A stretch of DNA of 63,798 nucleotides, counting the filler. It is 4 parts of 4 records of this genome, joined end to end, with 100 filler letters (N's around TTAATTAATTAA, not from the genome) between each part and the next. Parts side by side here need not be neighbours in the genome. Positions count along the whole stretch, not along the records: positions 21,956 to 37,461 come from SRR31156797_1744; positions 37,562 to 58,560 come from SRR31156797_1747; 2 more parts are not named here. The stretch is one strand, 5' to 3'. Under the pieces are notes generated by a model. That model saw only the letters and a list, made by a program, of their open reading frames with translations, was not told the origin of the DNA and did no database searches. Within the stretch, counting starts at the first letter, position 1. Each line of letters opens with the position of its first letter. The position numbers and the translations under genes were made by a program. This document shows, one piece after another, positions 31,559 to 41,330 of the stretch.

Positions 31559-33133
31559 TTAAACAATAATTTGTTCTTTTTCTTTATCCCAAAACACCTG
31601 TTTTTTATGTTTGTACGACAATGTTCCCATGTGTGCAGTCATTGCTTCCTCAAATGCCTGATCGATATTACAACTTGGAGTTTTTCCCGTTTTAATACAT
31701 TCCAGCCACTCTCTAATATGAAGGTGAGTTGTATTTACTCTTTTCCCTCCTCGATAAGTATATAAAAGTCCACGGTTTGCGAAATATCTCTCGGTTGCCG
31801 ACGATGTAGCATCAACTCCTTCTTTCCCCGGGAAATAAGTATATATAGGATTTTCAGGATTTATAATGTTGTTTTCAATTTTATCGGCATACCTTGTTGA
31901 ACGTGCATCAGGATATATGGTTAACGTGTTTCCCATTTCCATATACGCGTCGTGTCCCATAATTTTTTTACCCCTCGACATTTGGCTCGATAAAGTAGCG
32001 GAATACAACAACGACATATCCTTTTCTGGGAATTCAAAAACGGTAGTTAAAACATCGGGGACAGTGCGCCCGTCTTTATAAAAATAAACACCTCCGGTTG
32101 ACATTGCAGAATGAGGTATTCCAACCCCCATAACCTGATTTATTGCATCGTATTCATGTGTCAGCAAATCGCCCGATAAACCGGTACTGTAATCCCACCA
32201 ACATCTCCAGCGAAAGAATCGTTCCAGGCTAAATTCATGCCACGGAGCGGGGCCAATAAATTGTTCCCAGTCAATTGTTTTCTGATTAGCATCTTCATGA
32301 ATTGGATATACCCATGCCCCATTTGGATCATTTCTGTTGGTTGTAACTTCAATAAGATTAACCGGACCCAAAATATTTTTCTCAATTGCCTCCCTGGCTT
32401 TGACATAAGAATCGGTTTGTCGTCCCTGGTGCCCGAGTTGGAAAACAATGTTATTTTCTTTGATTGCTTTTCTCACTTCATATGTTTCTTCAACAGTCCA
32501 TGTAAGTGGTTTCTCGCAATAAACATGTTTCCCTGCTTTAGCGGCTTCAATAGTCATTGGCCCATGCCAATGGTCGGGTGTGGCAATTATCACGGCATCA
32601 ACATCGGGCGAAGCAATCAATTCTTTATAATTCAGAAAACGTGTTGGCAAATCATTCAGTTGAACATCAGAACCTTCGCGTTTTACATTTGCACCCATCT
32701 CTTGTGCCATTGTCCCATAAGTATCAAAAATATCGCAAACAGCTGTTACTTTAACATTCAAATTCTCCTGTTCCAGAAAATCTTTATATGAGGTATTATT
32801 TTTATCATCAATTGCTGCTTGTTTCCAATCGTCGATTTGCGAAGGATGAACAAAACCCAGCCCTTCAGCCAATTGTTTACCCCGTATTCCAAATCCTATT
32901 AATCCAATTTTTATTTCATCGCCTTCCAGATTAACGGGTGTATTTTCCAATTGCTCCCCCGACATGTTTAGTTCCTGAGCTATAAGTTCATTTAGCTTAT
33001 TCTCATAATGATTCTTTCTGTAAATTCCATATGCAACTGCTCCTGCCACAGGCACCGTAGCCAGGCCTTTTAATGCATCTCTTCTGGTTATTTTTTTACC
33101 TTCTTCCTGGTTTTGTTTTTTATTCTCTTCCAT
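31559..33133 (-). CDS. Gfo/Idh/MocA family NAD(P)-dependent oxidoreductase with a Tat signal
   Basis: TRRDALKG twin-arginine motif; GLIGFGIRG; IATPDHWH; YCEKP. Confidence 0.92.
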   Translation of the reverse strand: MEENKKQNQEEGKKITRRDALKGLATVPVAGAVAYGIYRKNHYENKLNELIAQELNMSGEQLENTPVNLEGDEIKIGLIGFGIRGKQLAEGLGFVHPSQIDDWKQAAIDDKNNTSYKDFLEQENLNVKVTAVCDIFDTYGTMAQEMGANVKREGSDVQLNDLPTRFLNYKELIASPDVDAVIIATPDHWHGPMTIEAAKAGKHVYCEKPLTWTVEETYEVRKAIKENNIVFQLGHQGRQTDSYVKAREAIEKNILGPVNLIEVTTNRNDPNGAWVYPIHEDANQKTIDWEQFIGPAPWHEFSLERFFRWRCWWDYSTGLSGDLLTHEYDAINQVMGVGIPHSAMSTGGVYFYKDGRTVPDVLTTVFEFPEKDMSLLYSATLSSQMSRGKKIMGHDAYMEMGNTLTIYPDARSTRYADKIENNIINPENPIYTYFPGKEGVDATSSATERYFANRGLLYTYRGGKRVNTTHLHIREWLECIKTGKTPSCNIDQAFEEAMTAHMGTLSYKHKKQVFWDKEKEQIIV

Positions 33134-33144
33134 TGCTCAAATTT

Positions 33145-33621
33145 TTACTTTTTTGAAAAGAAACGTCCCAATCCTAAAATCTTATCTGTTGGAAAAACCG
33201 ACAGAACTCCCAATGCCATAAATTCAATGGCAACTTTATCAATCAAAAAATAATTCCCTTCGGTGGGCATAGCAAAATTCACTCCAATAAAAGGAGGATG
33301 CGAGAAATAATAAAATGCAAGTAACAACATTCCTGCATAAGCCGCCCAACGGGAAAGAAATCCGAGGACCAATCCAAGTCCAATTAAAAGCAATCCCCAC
33401 TGATTTAAAAAATCGGCAGTTGCTAAAACCTGACTATTTTCGGCTATTGAATAAAACAGCGAAGAAAGAGGACCTTGCGAGTCCAATAAATACCCCCGTG
33501 ATGACCAACCCGGATTTGTAATTTTTATTAGTCCTTCGTAGAGAAAATGCCAACCTATGGCAAGCCTTAAAAATACCAACCAAAATATTTTCGCTGGTGA
33601 AAGATTCATTTGATTATTCAT
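33145..33621 (-). CDS. DoxX/DoxD-family membrane protein
   Basis: LRLAIGWHFLYEG motif; four hydrophobic segments. Confidence 0.88.
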   Translation of the reverse strand: MNNQMNLSPAKIFWLVFLRLAIGWHFLYEGLIKITNPGWSSRGYLLDSQGPLSSLFYSIAENSQVLATADFLNQWGLLLIGLGLVLGFLSRWAAYAGMLLLAFYYFSHPPFIGVNFAMPTEGNYFLIDKVAIEFMALGVLSVFPTDKILGLGRFFSKK

Positions 33622-33837
33622 TGTTCCTTATTTTATAAGCACTGATAATCAGTACAATAATTACACCTTATTTTTACTTACCTTTAAATATAATTATTTT
33701 CTACAAATCCGGTAATTTGGAAAGTTAATAAATCTAAAATCCATTGGAAAGAGTATTTAAAATAAATAATGAATTACCAAAAATTGTCAGATTCAATTAT
33801 TTGGGTAAATTTTTAGAATCTGAAGTTTTTTGCTATA

Positions 33838-33881
33838 AAAACCGGCATGTTTATCAATAACATGCCAGCTTTCCTTTTTTA
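33838..33881. terminator. Probable terminator hairpin downstream of the sulfatase
   Basis: GGCATGTT..AACATGCC inverted repeat flanked by A/T runs. Confidence 0.5.
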
Positions 33882-33932
33882 TTTTAATTGTATTTTTTAA
33901 TTCCGGAAAATTAACTTTTCAGCGTAATAATT

Positions 33933-35837
33933 TTAAAACCCAGGATTAAAAGTACTTCCTGATTTTTCAATAACGCCCCATTTTTCCAGAAGAGACTTTG
34001 ACATTGAAACATCGTAAGCACTAAAAAGAGCAAACCCTTGTGCCGACTCAATATTATCGTCGTAAAATGTTTTTATTTCTTTTTCTAAATCCGGGGTACG
34101 GAAATTTATCGCATCGATGCTGTTAAGTGCAAAATTCCGATGAAATTTATCTTTAGATTTATCGGTAATAATTCGCAGGTAAATTCCTTCTGCGGTTTCT
34201 TTCTCACCAAGTTGCACCAGTGTTTCAGCGATTAAAATGGCTGTAGCAGTTTCTTCTTCACCGACCATCTTTTTTAAATCGGGTAAAACCGTTTTGGCAT
34301 TTTCTTTATGAATTAATAATCCGGTTGCTCCCCAGTAACGAATGGCTGAATCTTCATTTTTAAGGTATTCAATATATTTACCAATATCTCCTTTACCCGG
34401 AAGAGTTGCATTTTCGGCAGCTTCTAAAAGTTCATCAAACGGACAATCATCGGAATGCATATAATCGTACATCGAGCCCTCTCCTGCTCTTTTTGCATAT
34501 TCAGTTTCAGGGATAAGTCCAACATCTCTAATTTCTTTCATCCAGCGGTAGTTTTCTTTTCTCATTCGCTCCAGAACTTCTTTGTATTTCGGATCGTTGG
34601 CCAGGTTATTTAATTCATAGGGATCGTTCTCGGTATCGTACAATTCTTCGACTGGTTTTGTTTGAAATGCCATACTTTGCAAATCGTTTGTTTTTCCGGC
34701 CAGGTACATATCTTCCCAAGACTGTGCTGATTTTGCATTAAATAAAAAAGCAAGATGCTGCAAATAAATCCTAAAAGGCATATAATTACGAATATATCGG
34801 AAATCTTTATCGCGAACGGAACGGCTCATATCAATTCTTTCATCCATTCGGCTACGTGTCATATGCAGGTATTCAGGTTCTGGTTCAATATTATTCCCAA
34901 GAAATGCTTTCCCCTGAAGAAAATCCGGCTTTTCTGCTCCAATAATATTTAACAACGTAGGTGCCAGGTCAACAAAACTTATATTCCTGTCGACGGTAGA
35001 ACCTGGTTTTTCAGCAGGAAAAAACTGTTTATATTGTTCAGGAATACGAACAATAAAGGGCACCCACGTACCGGTTTCGAATATATATCGTTTGCTTCTT
35101 GCCAAAACGCCACCGTGGTCTGAATAATAAAAAACAATGGTATTTTCTGCCAAACCCAATTCTTCAAGCTCTTTTAAAAAATCACCAACCTGAGAATCCA
35201 TATCTTCTACTTTATCGTAGTACTGTGCCCAGTCGTGTCTCATTTCCGGCGTATCGGGATGATGCGGTGGAAGCACAACATCTTCAGGTTTATGACGCAG
35301 TTCTTCATTTGGAATCCACTGAAATATCTGACTTTCATGGGAGGTCATAATATTAAAAATGGCAAAAAACGGTTTCCCTTCGGGGCGATTTTTATAATGA
35401 GCCGTATTACTACATTCATCCCACATACTGTTATAATCGCCTTTAAAATTGTAGTCGGTTTTAACATTGTTGGTGCAATAATAACCGGCTTCCCGCAATA
35501 ATTCGGGATAAGGGATTACAGATTCCGATTTTGGATATTCACTCCGCATCTGTTCATTTCCGTTTGATGCTGCATAAACGCCGGTTATTATTGTATTTCT
35601 TGCAGGCGAACAAACCGGGCAATTAGCATAAGCATTGGTATACCGAAATCCTTCTTTTGCCAATTTATCGAGCGATGGTGTGGTCGCAAAAGAATCGCCG
35701 TAACAACCCAAAAGCGGGCTGTTATCTTCACTGGTAATCCAAATAATATTTGGAAGAGATGTTTGTTTTTGTGCATTCATATTTACAACGAATGCAGTTA
35801 ATAAAAATAGTAAAAAAATGGTTTTTCGTATAGGCAT
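33933..35837 (-). CDS. Cys-type (formylglycine-dependent) sulfatase with a C-terminal HEAT-like domain
   Basis: PNIIWITSED, CSPAR..IITG signature, YSDHG, ELYDTENDPYE; signal peptide; AIRYWGATGL HEAT-like repeat. Confidence 0.93.
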   Translation of the reverse strand: MPIRKTIFLLFLLTAFVVNMNAQKQTSLPNIIWITSEDNSPLLGCYGDSFATTPSLDKLAKEGFRYTNAYANCPVCSPARNTIITGVYAASNGNEQMRSEYPKSESVIPYPELLREAGYYCTNNVKTDYNFKGDYNSMWDECSNTAHYKNRPEGKPFFAIFNIMTSHESQIFQWIPNEELRHKPEDVVLPPHHPDTPEMRHDWAQYYDKVEDMDSQVGDFLKELEELGLAENTIVFYYSDHGGVLARSKRYIFETGTWVPFIVRIPEQYKQFFPAEKPGSTVDRNISFVDLAPTLLNIIGAEKPDFLQGKAFLGNNIEPEPEYLHMTRSRMDERIDMSRSVRDKDFRYIRNYMPFRIYLQHLAFLFNAKSAQSWEDMYLAGKTNDLQSMAFQTKPVEELYDTENDPYELNNLANDPKYKEVLERMRKENYRWMKEIRDVGLIPETEYAKRAGEGSMYDYMHSDDCPFDELLEAAENATLPGKGDIGKYIEYLKNEDSAIRYWGATGLLIHKENAKTVLPDLKKMVGEEETATAILIAETLVQLGEKETAEGIYLRIITDKSKDKFHRNFALNSIDAINFRTPDLEKEIKTFYDDNIESAQGFALFSAYDVSMSKSLLEKWGVIEKSGSTFNPGF

Positions 35838-35904
35838 AATCGTTCAATTTTGTTGATTGGTTCTTCGTTTATTTTATCAATCCTGCAAATTAGCGGAATG
35901 GCTG

Positions 35905-36537
35905 TTAAAGCTGATTTAAATAATCCACAATTTGCTGGTGACTGTTGTTTTTTGCAAAAGTTAATGCATCGTCGCCGTCAATATCTTTCAATGATACATC
36001 AGCACCGAATTCTAAAAGAATTTTAACATTCTCGAGCTGACCTTCTGCGGCTGCAAACATAATAGCGGTAAAATGTTCATCCTCATCCTGGATATTGGTT
36101 TCTGCACCATTTTCAAGAAGTAATTTTACTGTTTCCGGGAAAGCACCCGACGCGGCAAACATCAAGGCTGTTCGACCATTTACATCTTTTAAATTTACAC
36201 TTGCGTTGTGCGCCAGAAGTTCCTCCACAACAGAATTTAATCCGTTAAAGGAGGAGTACATCAATGCTGTTCTTCCACCTTCATCTATTTCATCTACATT
36301 CGCTCCTTTTTCAAGTAATTTCTTAACTTTTGCAATATCGCCATTACTTGCAAAAGGAATTATTGAAGGTTCCGATTCTTCTATTTGCTGAATTGGTTTA
36401 TCATCTTGTATTGCATCTGTATTTGTTTCTATTCTCTTGTTATTACTTCCTGAGCAGCTATAAAAAATAAAAATAGGAACAAGTAACATTAGGTTTAAAA
36501 AACCATAAATATCAGTTTTGAAATATTTTTTAATCAT
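35905..36537 (-). CDS. Ankyrin-repeat lipoprotein
   Basis: Lipobox FYSC; repeats GRTALMYSS, GRTALMFAA, FTAIMFAA, GDDALTFA. Confidence 0.9.
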   Translation of the reverse strand: MIKKYFKTDIYGFLNLMLLVPIFIFYSCSGSNNKRIETNTDAIQDDKPIQQIEESEPSIIPFASNGDIAKVKKLLEKGANVDEIDEGGRTALMYSSFNGLNSVVEELLAHNASVNLKDVNGRTALMFAASGAFPETVKLLLENGAETNIQDEDEHFTAIMFAAAEGQLENVKILLEFGADVSLKDIDGDDALTFAKNNSHQQIVDYLNQL

Positions 36538-36597
36538 TTGCTGAAAATAAATAATTATATCAACTTTTAAATAAAGAACGACTATTCTTTTTCTACT

Positions 36598-37461
36598 TTA
36601 TTCGGTTTGTCCGGTAAATAGCTTTTGCATGTCCTCACGCGAAAGTTTCCAGTATTCGATCATTGGATTTGCTTTTACTTTCTCGTTGTATTCATCAATA
36701 AAATGCTGATTTAGTTCATCATTATCCCCGTACAAAATCCTAAGTTCTTCGAGTTGTTTATGAAGATTTTCTTTTGTTTCCGAATAAGCCGGATCGTTAT
36801 AAACATTTTTCATTTCTGCCGGATCGGTTGTACGATCGTAGAATTCAATCATATCGTCTCCTCCGTCTACCCAGCGGGCATACCTGTACTGATATGTTCT
36901 GATTGAACCATAAGTGGGTGTCATCCACCTTCTCATATATTCATTTGCAACCTGCAAGAAAGCATTTTCCCGAATAACAACACTTGCATCTTTAAAATCG
37001 GCACTATACTTTTTCCGGCTACATATTCCGGATATGACAAACCGGCCAATTCAGAAAGTGTAGGATAGAAATCAATCATTTCAACTATTGAATTGGTAAT
37101 TTGTCCTTTTGTTTTCTGACCAGGATAGGAAATAACCAGCGGCATCCGGTCTGAATCTTCATTTCTGATAATAGCCATGCTCTCCCATGTGATACCCATG
37201 ATCGGAAGTAAATACAACAATTGTATTATCTTTTAATCCTAATTCTTCTAATGCATTTAACACTCTTCCCACCTGTGCATCCATAAACGAAATGGTAACA
37301 TAATTGACCTGAATAACCGAACGCGCCAAATCTTCCGAAAGGTTATTTTGTATTTTCCAACGTGTAAGAATTTTTTGCGCCGGTTCCGGCAGACAATGCA
37401 ATATTTCTCATTAAATAAACCACTATGCAAAGGAAGTACATAGGTTTAAAATTGAATGAAA
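36598..37461 (-). pseudogene. Fragmented sulfatase gene (C-terminal half, at least two frame breaks)
   Basis: Three successive frames give [22 protein letters not shown] / PLVISYPG..VEMIDFYPTL / EFYDRTTDPAEMKNVY; breaks near 37160 and 36990. Confidence 0.85.
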
Positions 37462-37561
37462 NNNNNNNNNNNNNNNNNNNNNNNNNNNNNNNNNNNNNNN
37501 NNNNNTTAATTAATTAANNNNNNNNNNNNNNNNNNNNNNNNNNNNNNNNNNNNNNNNNNNN
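37462..37561. other. Artificial contig spacer
   Basis: N run with TTAATTAATTAA. Confidence 0.98.
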
Positions 37562-37596
37562 GCCGCTTCCAAAGCGGCCCTTCCTTATTTCTGTCT

Positions 37597-39786
37597 TTAT
37601 TCTTTCGCCAACAAACGACTAATAGCCGCCATAAGGTCATGCTTCAATATCGGCTTCATAATGAAATCCCCAATCCCCACATCCCGCAACCGATCATACG
37701 AAACAGCATCTGAAAAACCTGTACACAAAATAATAGGAATATTCGGCCGCAACTTAAGTACTTCCCGAGCAAACTCCATACCTGTCATATTCGGCATGGT
37801 TTGATCGGTTATCACTAAATCAAAGTCGTTTGCTTTATACTTAAAGGCCTCCAAAGCCTCAATACTCGATGTACGAGTAACAACTTCAAAACCACAAGAC
37901 TCAAGCATCTCCCGCCCGATATCGACAAGCGGCTTCTCGTCATCCACAAACAAAATACGCCCCTCGCGAAACACGAGATCAGCAGGAGTATCAACGTCCG
38001 TGCGACCAATTTCGGAATTCTTAGGCAGAAAAACATGAAAAGTGGCACCATGGCCCGGCCTATTTTCCAATTCAAGGTATCCATCATGTCGCTTAACAAT
38101 GCCATGCACCATGGCCAACCCCATTCCAGTCCCTTCGCCCTGCTTCTTGGTAGTAAAAAAAGGATCAAAGACCCGATCAATCACAGCCGGATCAATCCCA
38201 GGCCCGGTATCAGCCACAGTCAATCGTAAAAAACGCTCCGGTTTACCCAAATCTTCCGGCGGCACGACTTCATCTGCGCCTGAAACATCTGCCATGGTAA
38301 CGGTCAACGTCCCACCAGTCCCTTGCATGGCAAAAGCAGCATTACCGCACAGATTAAGCATAATCTGATGTATCTGCGTCGGGTCCGCCATAACATTATC
38401 CTGAACAGTCTCCATACGAGAAATAATCTCAACATTGGTAGGGACCGAGGAACGAAGAAGCTTGAGGGCTTCCTTGATAAGCGGCGCAAGCATCATGGCG
38501 TGACGCTCCTGCGGACCTTGACGAGAAAAATTAAGAATCTGAGTAACAAGGTCTCGCGCGCGCCTGCCTGCACGAGAAACTTCCTTGATACGCCTATCCA
38601 AACCAGACTCCGGCTCGGCACTCGATTCAATAATCTCCGCGTAACCAAGAATAACGCCAAGGATATTATTAAAATCGTGTGCAATACCACCAGCCAGCGT
38701 CCCAAGAGCTTCCATCTTCTGCGATTGACGGAGCTGTTCTTCCAGTCGTTTCGGCTCGGATATATCAAATATATACCCTCGATACTCTTGAGTATTTCCC
38801 TCGGCATCCAAAACCGTATCGCAACTCACAAGAAGATGTCTTCGCAAAACACCGTGACGAAAAACAACTTCATGATTGGAGAGCCTTCCAAGTCCGGCAA
38901 GAAGATCACGTAAGGATTCAGAAGCCCCCATGCGCTCCCACACGTTGAAAATATTTACGCCATGCGCATCCTGTGGTGAAATGAAATCAAAGAGGTCTGC
39001 AAATGCAACATTGCAATCAAGAATCAAACCATCACTATCTGCTGCAAAGTTACCGGTAATATCTTTCTCAAACAGCAGCCGGTATCTCTTTTCACTGGCT
39101 TGCAATTGCCTGAGCACGGCAGCGCGTTTGGAAATATCCAATCTCAACCGACGGTTGGCCGCATTCAATTCCGAGGTCCGGGCCTCAACTTTGACAGCCA
39201 GTGTCTCATTCAGATCACGCAACCGATTTTCCACATCCCACTTGGAACAAAGAGACATGGCAATCTGCTTGAGTTCCGGTGAACGGAAAGGTTTTTGAAC
39301 AAAAAGCAACTTCTCTGGCGGGGGGACGCGTCGATTAATTTCTTTCAAAGGGATATGATGCTTGGCCGACAGCAGGACTATCTCCAAATTGGAATCCATG
39401 GCACGAATATGTGCAGCCAGGTCCAGACCTGCCAAACAATCTTCCTCTGTTGATAACTGAATGTCGATGAGGGCAATAGTAAAAGGCTTTCCCCGCTCCT
39501 GAGCATGCATCATAGCGGTCAGTCCTTCTCTTGGCGTAGAAGCCTGCACGACTTCAAATACGGGTTTGATCGCTTCCGCATCTATCTCTTCGCGTGATGG
39601 AAGTTGTGCATCATCATTGAACAAAGCTTCCAACGCCGAAGGTTCCTCGCTCTCATAGCAAAGAACATCACGATAAAGCGTGAGCATGGATTCGTCATGA
39701 TCCACAGCGAGAACGCGAAAGCAGGTGGTATTCTCTGTTGCCAAGTCGTGTCTCCCCAATTGGCTCAGGTCCCTGATTGATGTCAT
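37597..39786 (-). CDS. Hybrid sensor histidine kinase (REC-PAS-HisKA-HATPase-REC)
   Basis: LAGGIAHDFNNIL H-box, NLCGNA, DTGPGI, PFFTTK..GTGMGL; receivers LAVDHD..LIDIQL..KPF and LFVDDE..ITDQTMP..KP. Start is uncertain; the ORF is open to 39849. Confidence 0.92.
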   Translation of the reverse strand: MTSIRDLSQLGRHDLATENTTCFRVLAVDHDESMLTLYRDVLCYESEEPSALEALFNDDAQLPSREEIDAEAIKPVFEVVQASTPREGLTAMMHAQERGKPFTIALIDIQLSTEEDCLAGLDLAAHIRAMDSNLEIVLLSAKHHIPLKEINRRVPPPEKLLFVQKPFRSPELKQIAMSLCSKWDVENRLRDLNETLAVKVEARTSELNAANRRLRLDISKRAAVLRQLQASEKRYRLLFEKDITGNFAADSDGLILDCNVAFADLFDFISPQDAHGVNIFNVWERMGASESLRDLLAGLGRLSNHEVVFRHGVLRRHLLVSCDTVLDAEGNTQEYRGYIFDISEPKRLEEQLRQSQKMEALGTLAGGIAHDFNNILGVILGYAEIIESSAEPESGLDRRIKEVSRAGRRARDLVTQILNFSRQGPQERHAMMLAPLIKEALKLLRSSVPTNVEIISRMETVQDNVMADPTQIHQIMLNLCGNAAFAMQGTGGTLTVTMADVSGADEVVPPEDLGKPERFLRLTVADTGPGIDPAVIDRVFDPFFTTKKQGEGTGMGLAMVHGIVKRHDGYLELENRPGHGATFHVFLPKNSEIGRTDVDTPADLVFREGRILFVDDEKPLVDIGREMLESCGFEVVTRTSSIEALEAFKYKANDFDLVITDQTMPNMTGMEFAREVLKLRPNIPIILCTGFSDAVSYDRLRDVGIGDFIMKPILKHDLMAAISRLLAKE

Positions 39787-39846
39787 ATTTCCAAAAGGAA
39801 TATAGTGAAATCCGCTTGAAAAAGAAAGGTTACGATTAAAAGGATA

Positions 39847-39886
39847 CACCCCGGACCGGTCAGGGTGCTCCTGCCCGACCGGGGTG
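39847..39886 (-). terminator. GC-rich hairpin after the last tad gene
   Basis: CACCCCGG...CCGGGGTG outer stem with inner CAGG/CCTG pairing. Confidence 0.55.
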
Positions 39887-39952
39887 CGTTGTGTTTTCTT
39901 TTTTTCACGATTCTCACATCATGTCCGATCTCATATTCACGCTTTTCTCTTC

Positions 39953-41305
39953 TTACAAATGCGACCCATCCGGCTTGGGGGTAATTCTTTCAAACACAGG
40001 AGCTCTTTCAAGGCTCAAGATGGCGAGAACGTCAGACCGTTCATTTTTGGCATCGTTGATGGAAGCGAAATTACCCACCAAAACACGATACCATATGCCC
40101 TTTTCACCGAGGTCCACCTGGTTGATCCAAGTGTCGAATCCTTGCTTGCGCAACGTCGCACAGTGTTCAAAAGCACTGGTGTCATCTCGCCAGGAACTGA
40201 CATGCAAACCATATGACGCACTTCGTATATCGTTGACCCCGGCACTCGTCTCCTCCAGTGATACCTTCTGGATATCAACGGAAGGAAGTGGCGAGCCTGC
40301 GGACGCGGGAGATGCCGCAGGCCCGCCGGGGAGCTGCTTCGTGTCGGGGAAAGACTGACGAAGCAGCGGGTTCGGGGTGGAACCGCTTAATTGTGTCTTG
40401 GTGCCATTCTTCTGAAAACGAGCCGCGAGGCGGGCACGCTTCAGGTTGTCGGCAGCCTTGACGTAATATGTGGGAGAAAGCTCAAGAGCCATCTCAAAAT
40501 AGGGAACGGCCTTACCCGGCTCATTATCGGTCAAAAGGACATACCCAAGATTGTTGTATGCCTTGGCTTCACCGCCAGCATACTTGAAGGATTCCAAAGC
40601 TTCATCCAGTCGCCCGAGGCGGGTCAATGCCAGTCCGAGATTATTGTAAGTACGCACAGAGACACCACCGGACTTCAAGGCCAGACGGAAAGACTCGATT
40701 GCCTGCCCATACTGTTTGCGGGCGATATGAACCACACCAAGATTGTTGTAAATTTCATCGGTCCCATTGCCCTGGTGCAGTTCAAGAGCGCGGGCAAAAT
40801 GTTTGGCAGCCATGTCATACTCTGCATCCCGATCCATGAGAATGCCCAGATAGTTATGCGCCTTCCAAAGCATGGGATTAAGTTTCACGGCTTTTTCCAG
40901 ATAGGTCTGAGCTTCGTCAAACAACCCAGCACGGAAGTAGACACCGCCAGCAGCCTCATTAGCAATGGCATGGTCGCTGTTTCGTTCCAATACGTTGTTA
41001 AACTCGGCCAAAGCCTGCTCATCCAATCCTTCCGTCACCAACATGTGGCCTCGCTTCACGCGAACGTCGAGATTGTTTTCGTCCAATTCGATGGCCTTGT
41101 TGTAATGCATAAGTGCCATTTCCGGCTTGGCACGACGGATATATCCATCTCCCACCTGCTCATGTTGTTCGCTGGTCAACTTGACCGAACTTTCCTCGCC
41201 GTAAGCCAGTTCATCAAAAGTCATATCGTCTTGAGACTTGACCGCGCAACCGGAAAAAATCAATCCGGCAATGAGTGTCATGGTAATGATAGTAATCTTA
41301 TACAT
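39953..41305 (-). CDS. tadD: TadD-like TPR lipoprotein with a C-terminal SPOR domain
   Basis: Lipobox FSGC; repeated YNNLG TPRs; YGLHVSSWR..GIWYRVLVGNF SPOR motif; follows tadC. Confidence 0.8.
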   Translation of the reverse strand: MYKITIITMTLIAGLIFSGCAVKSQDDMTFDELAYGEESSVKLTSEQHEQVGDGYIRRAKPEMALMHYNKAIELDENNLDVRVKRGHMLVTEGLDEQALAEFNNVLERNSDHAIANEAAGGVYFRAGLFDEAQTYLEKAVKLNPMLWKAHNYLGILMDRDAEYDMAAKHFARALELHQGNGTDEIYNNLGVVHIARKQYGQAIESFRLALKSGGVSVRTYNNLGLALTRLGRLDEALESFKYAGGEAKAYNNLGYVLLTDNEPGKAVPYFEMALELSPTYYVKAADNLKRARLAARFQKNGTKTQLSGSTPNPLLRQSFPDTKQLPGGPAASPASAGSPLPSVDIQKVSLEETSAGVNDIRSASYGLHVSSWRDDTSAFEHCATLRKQGFDTWINQVDLGEKGIWYRVLVGNFASINDAKNERSDVLAILSLERAPVFERITPKPDGSHL

Positions 41306-41330
41306 AGGAATTCTCCTTGGCTTGTTACGC

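Noticed and set aside
32237-32791. 184-aa plus-strand ORF inside the Gfo/Idh/MocA gene
   Set aside because: Antisense shadow with no motifs.
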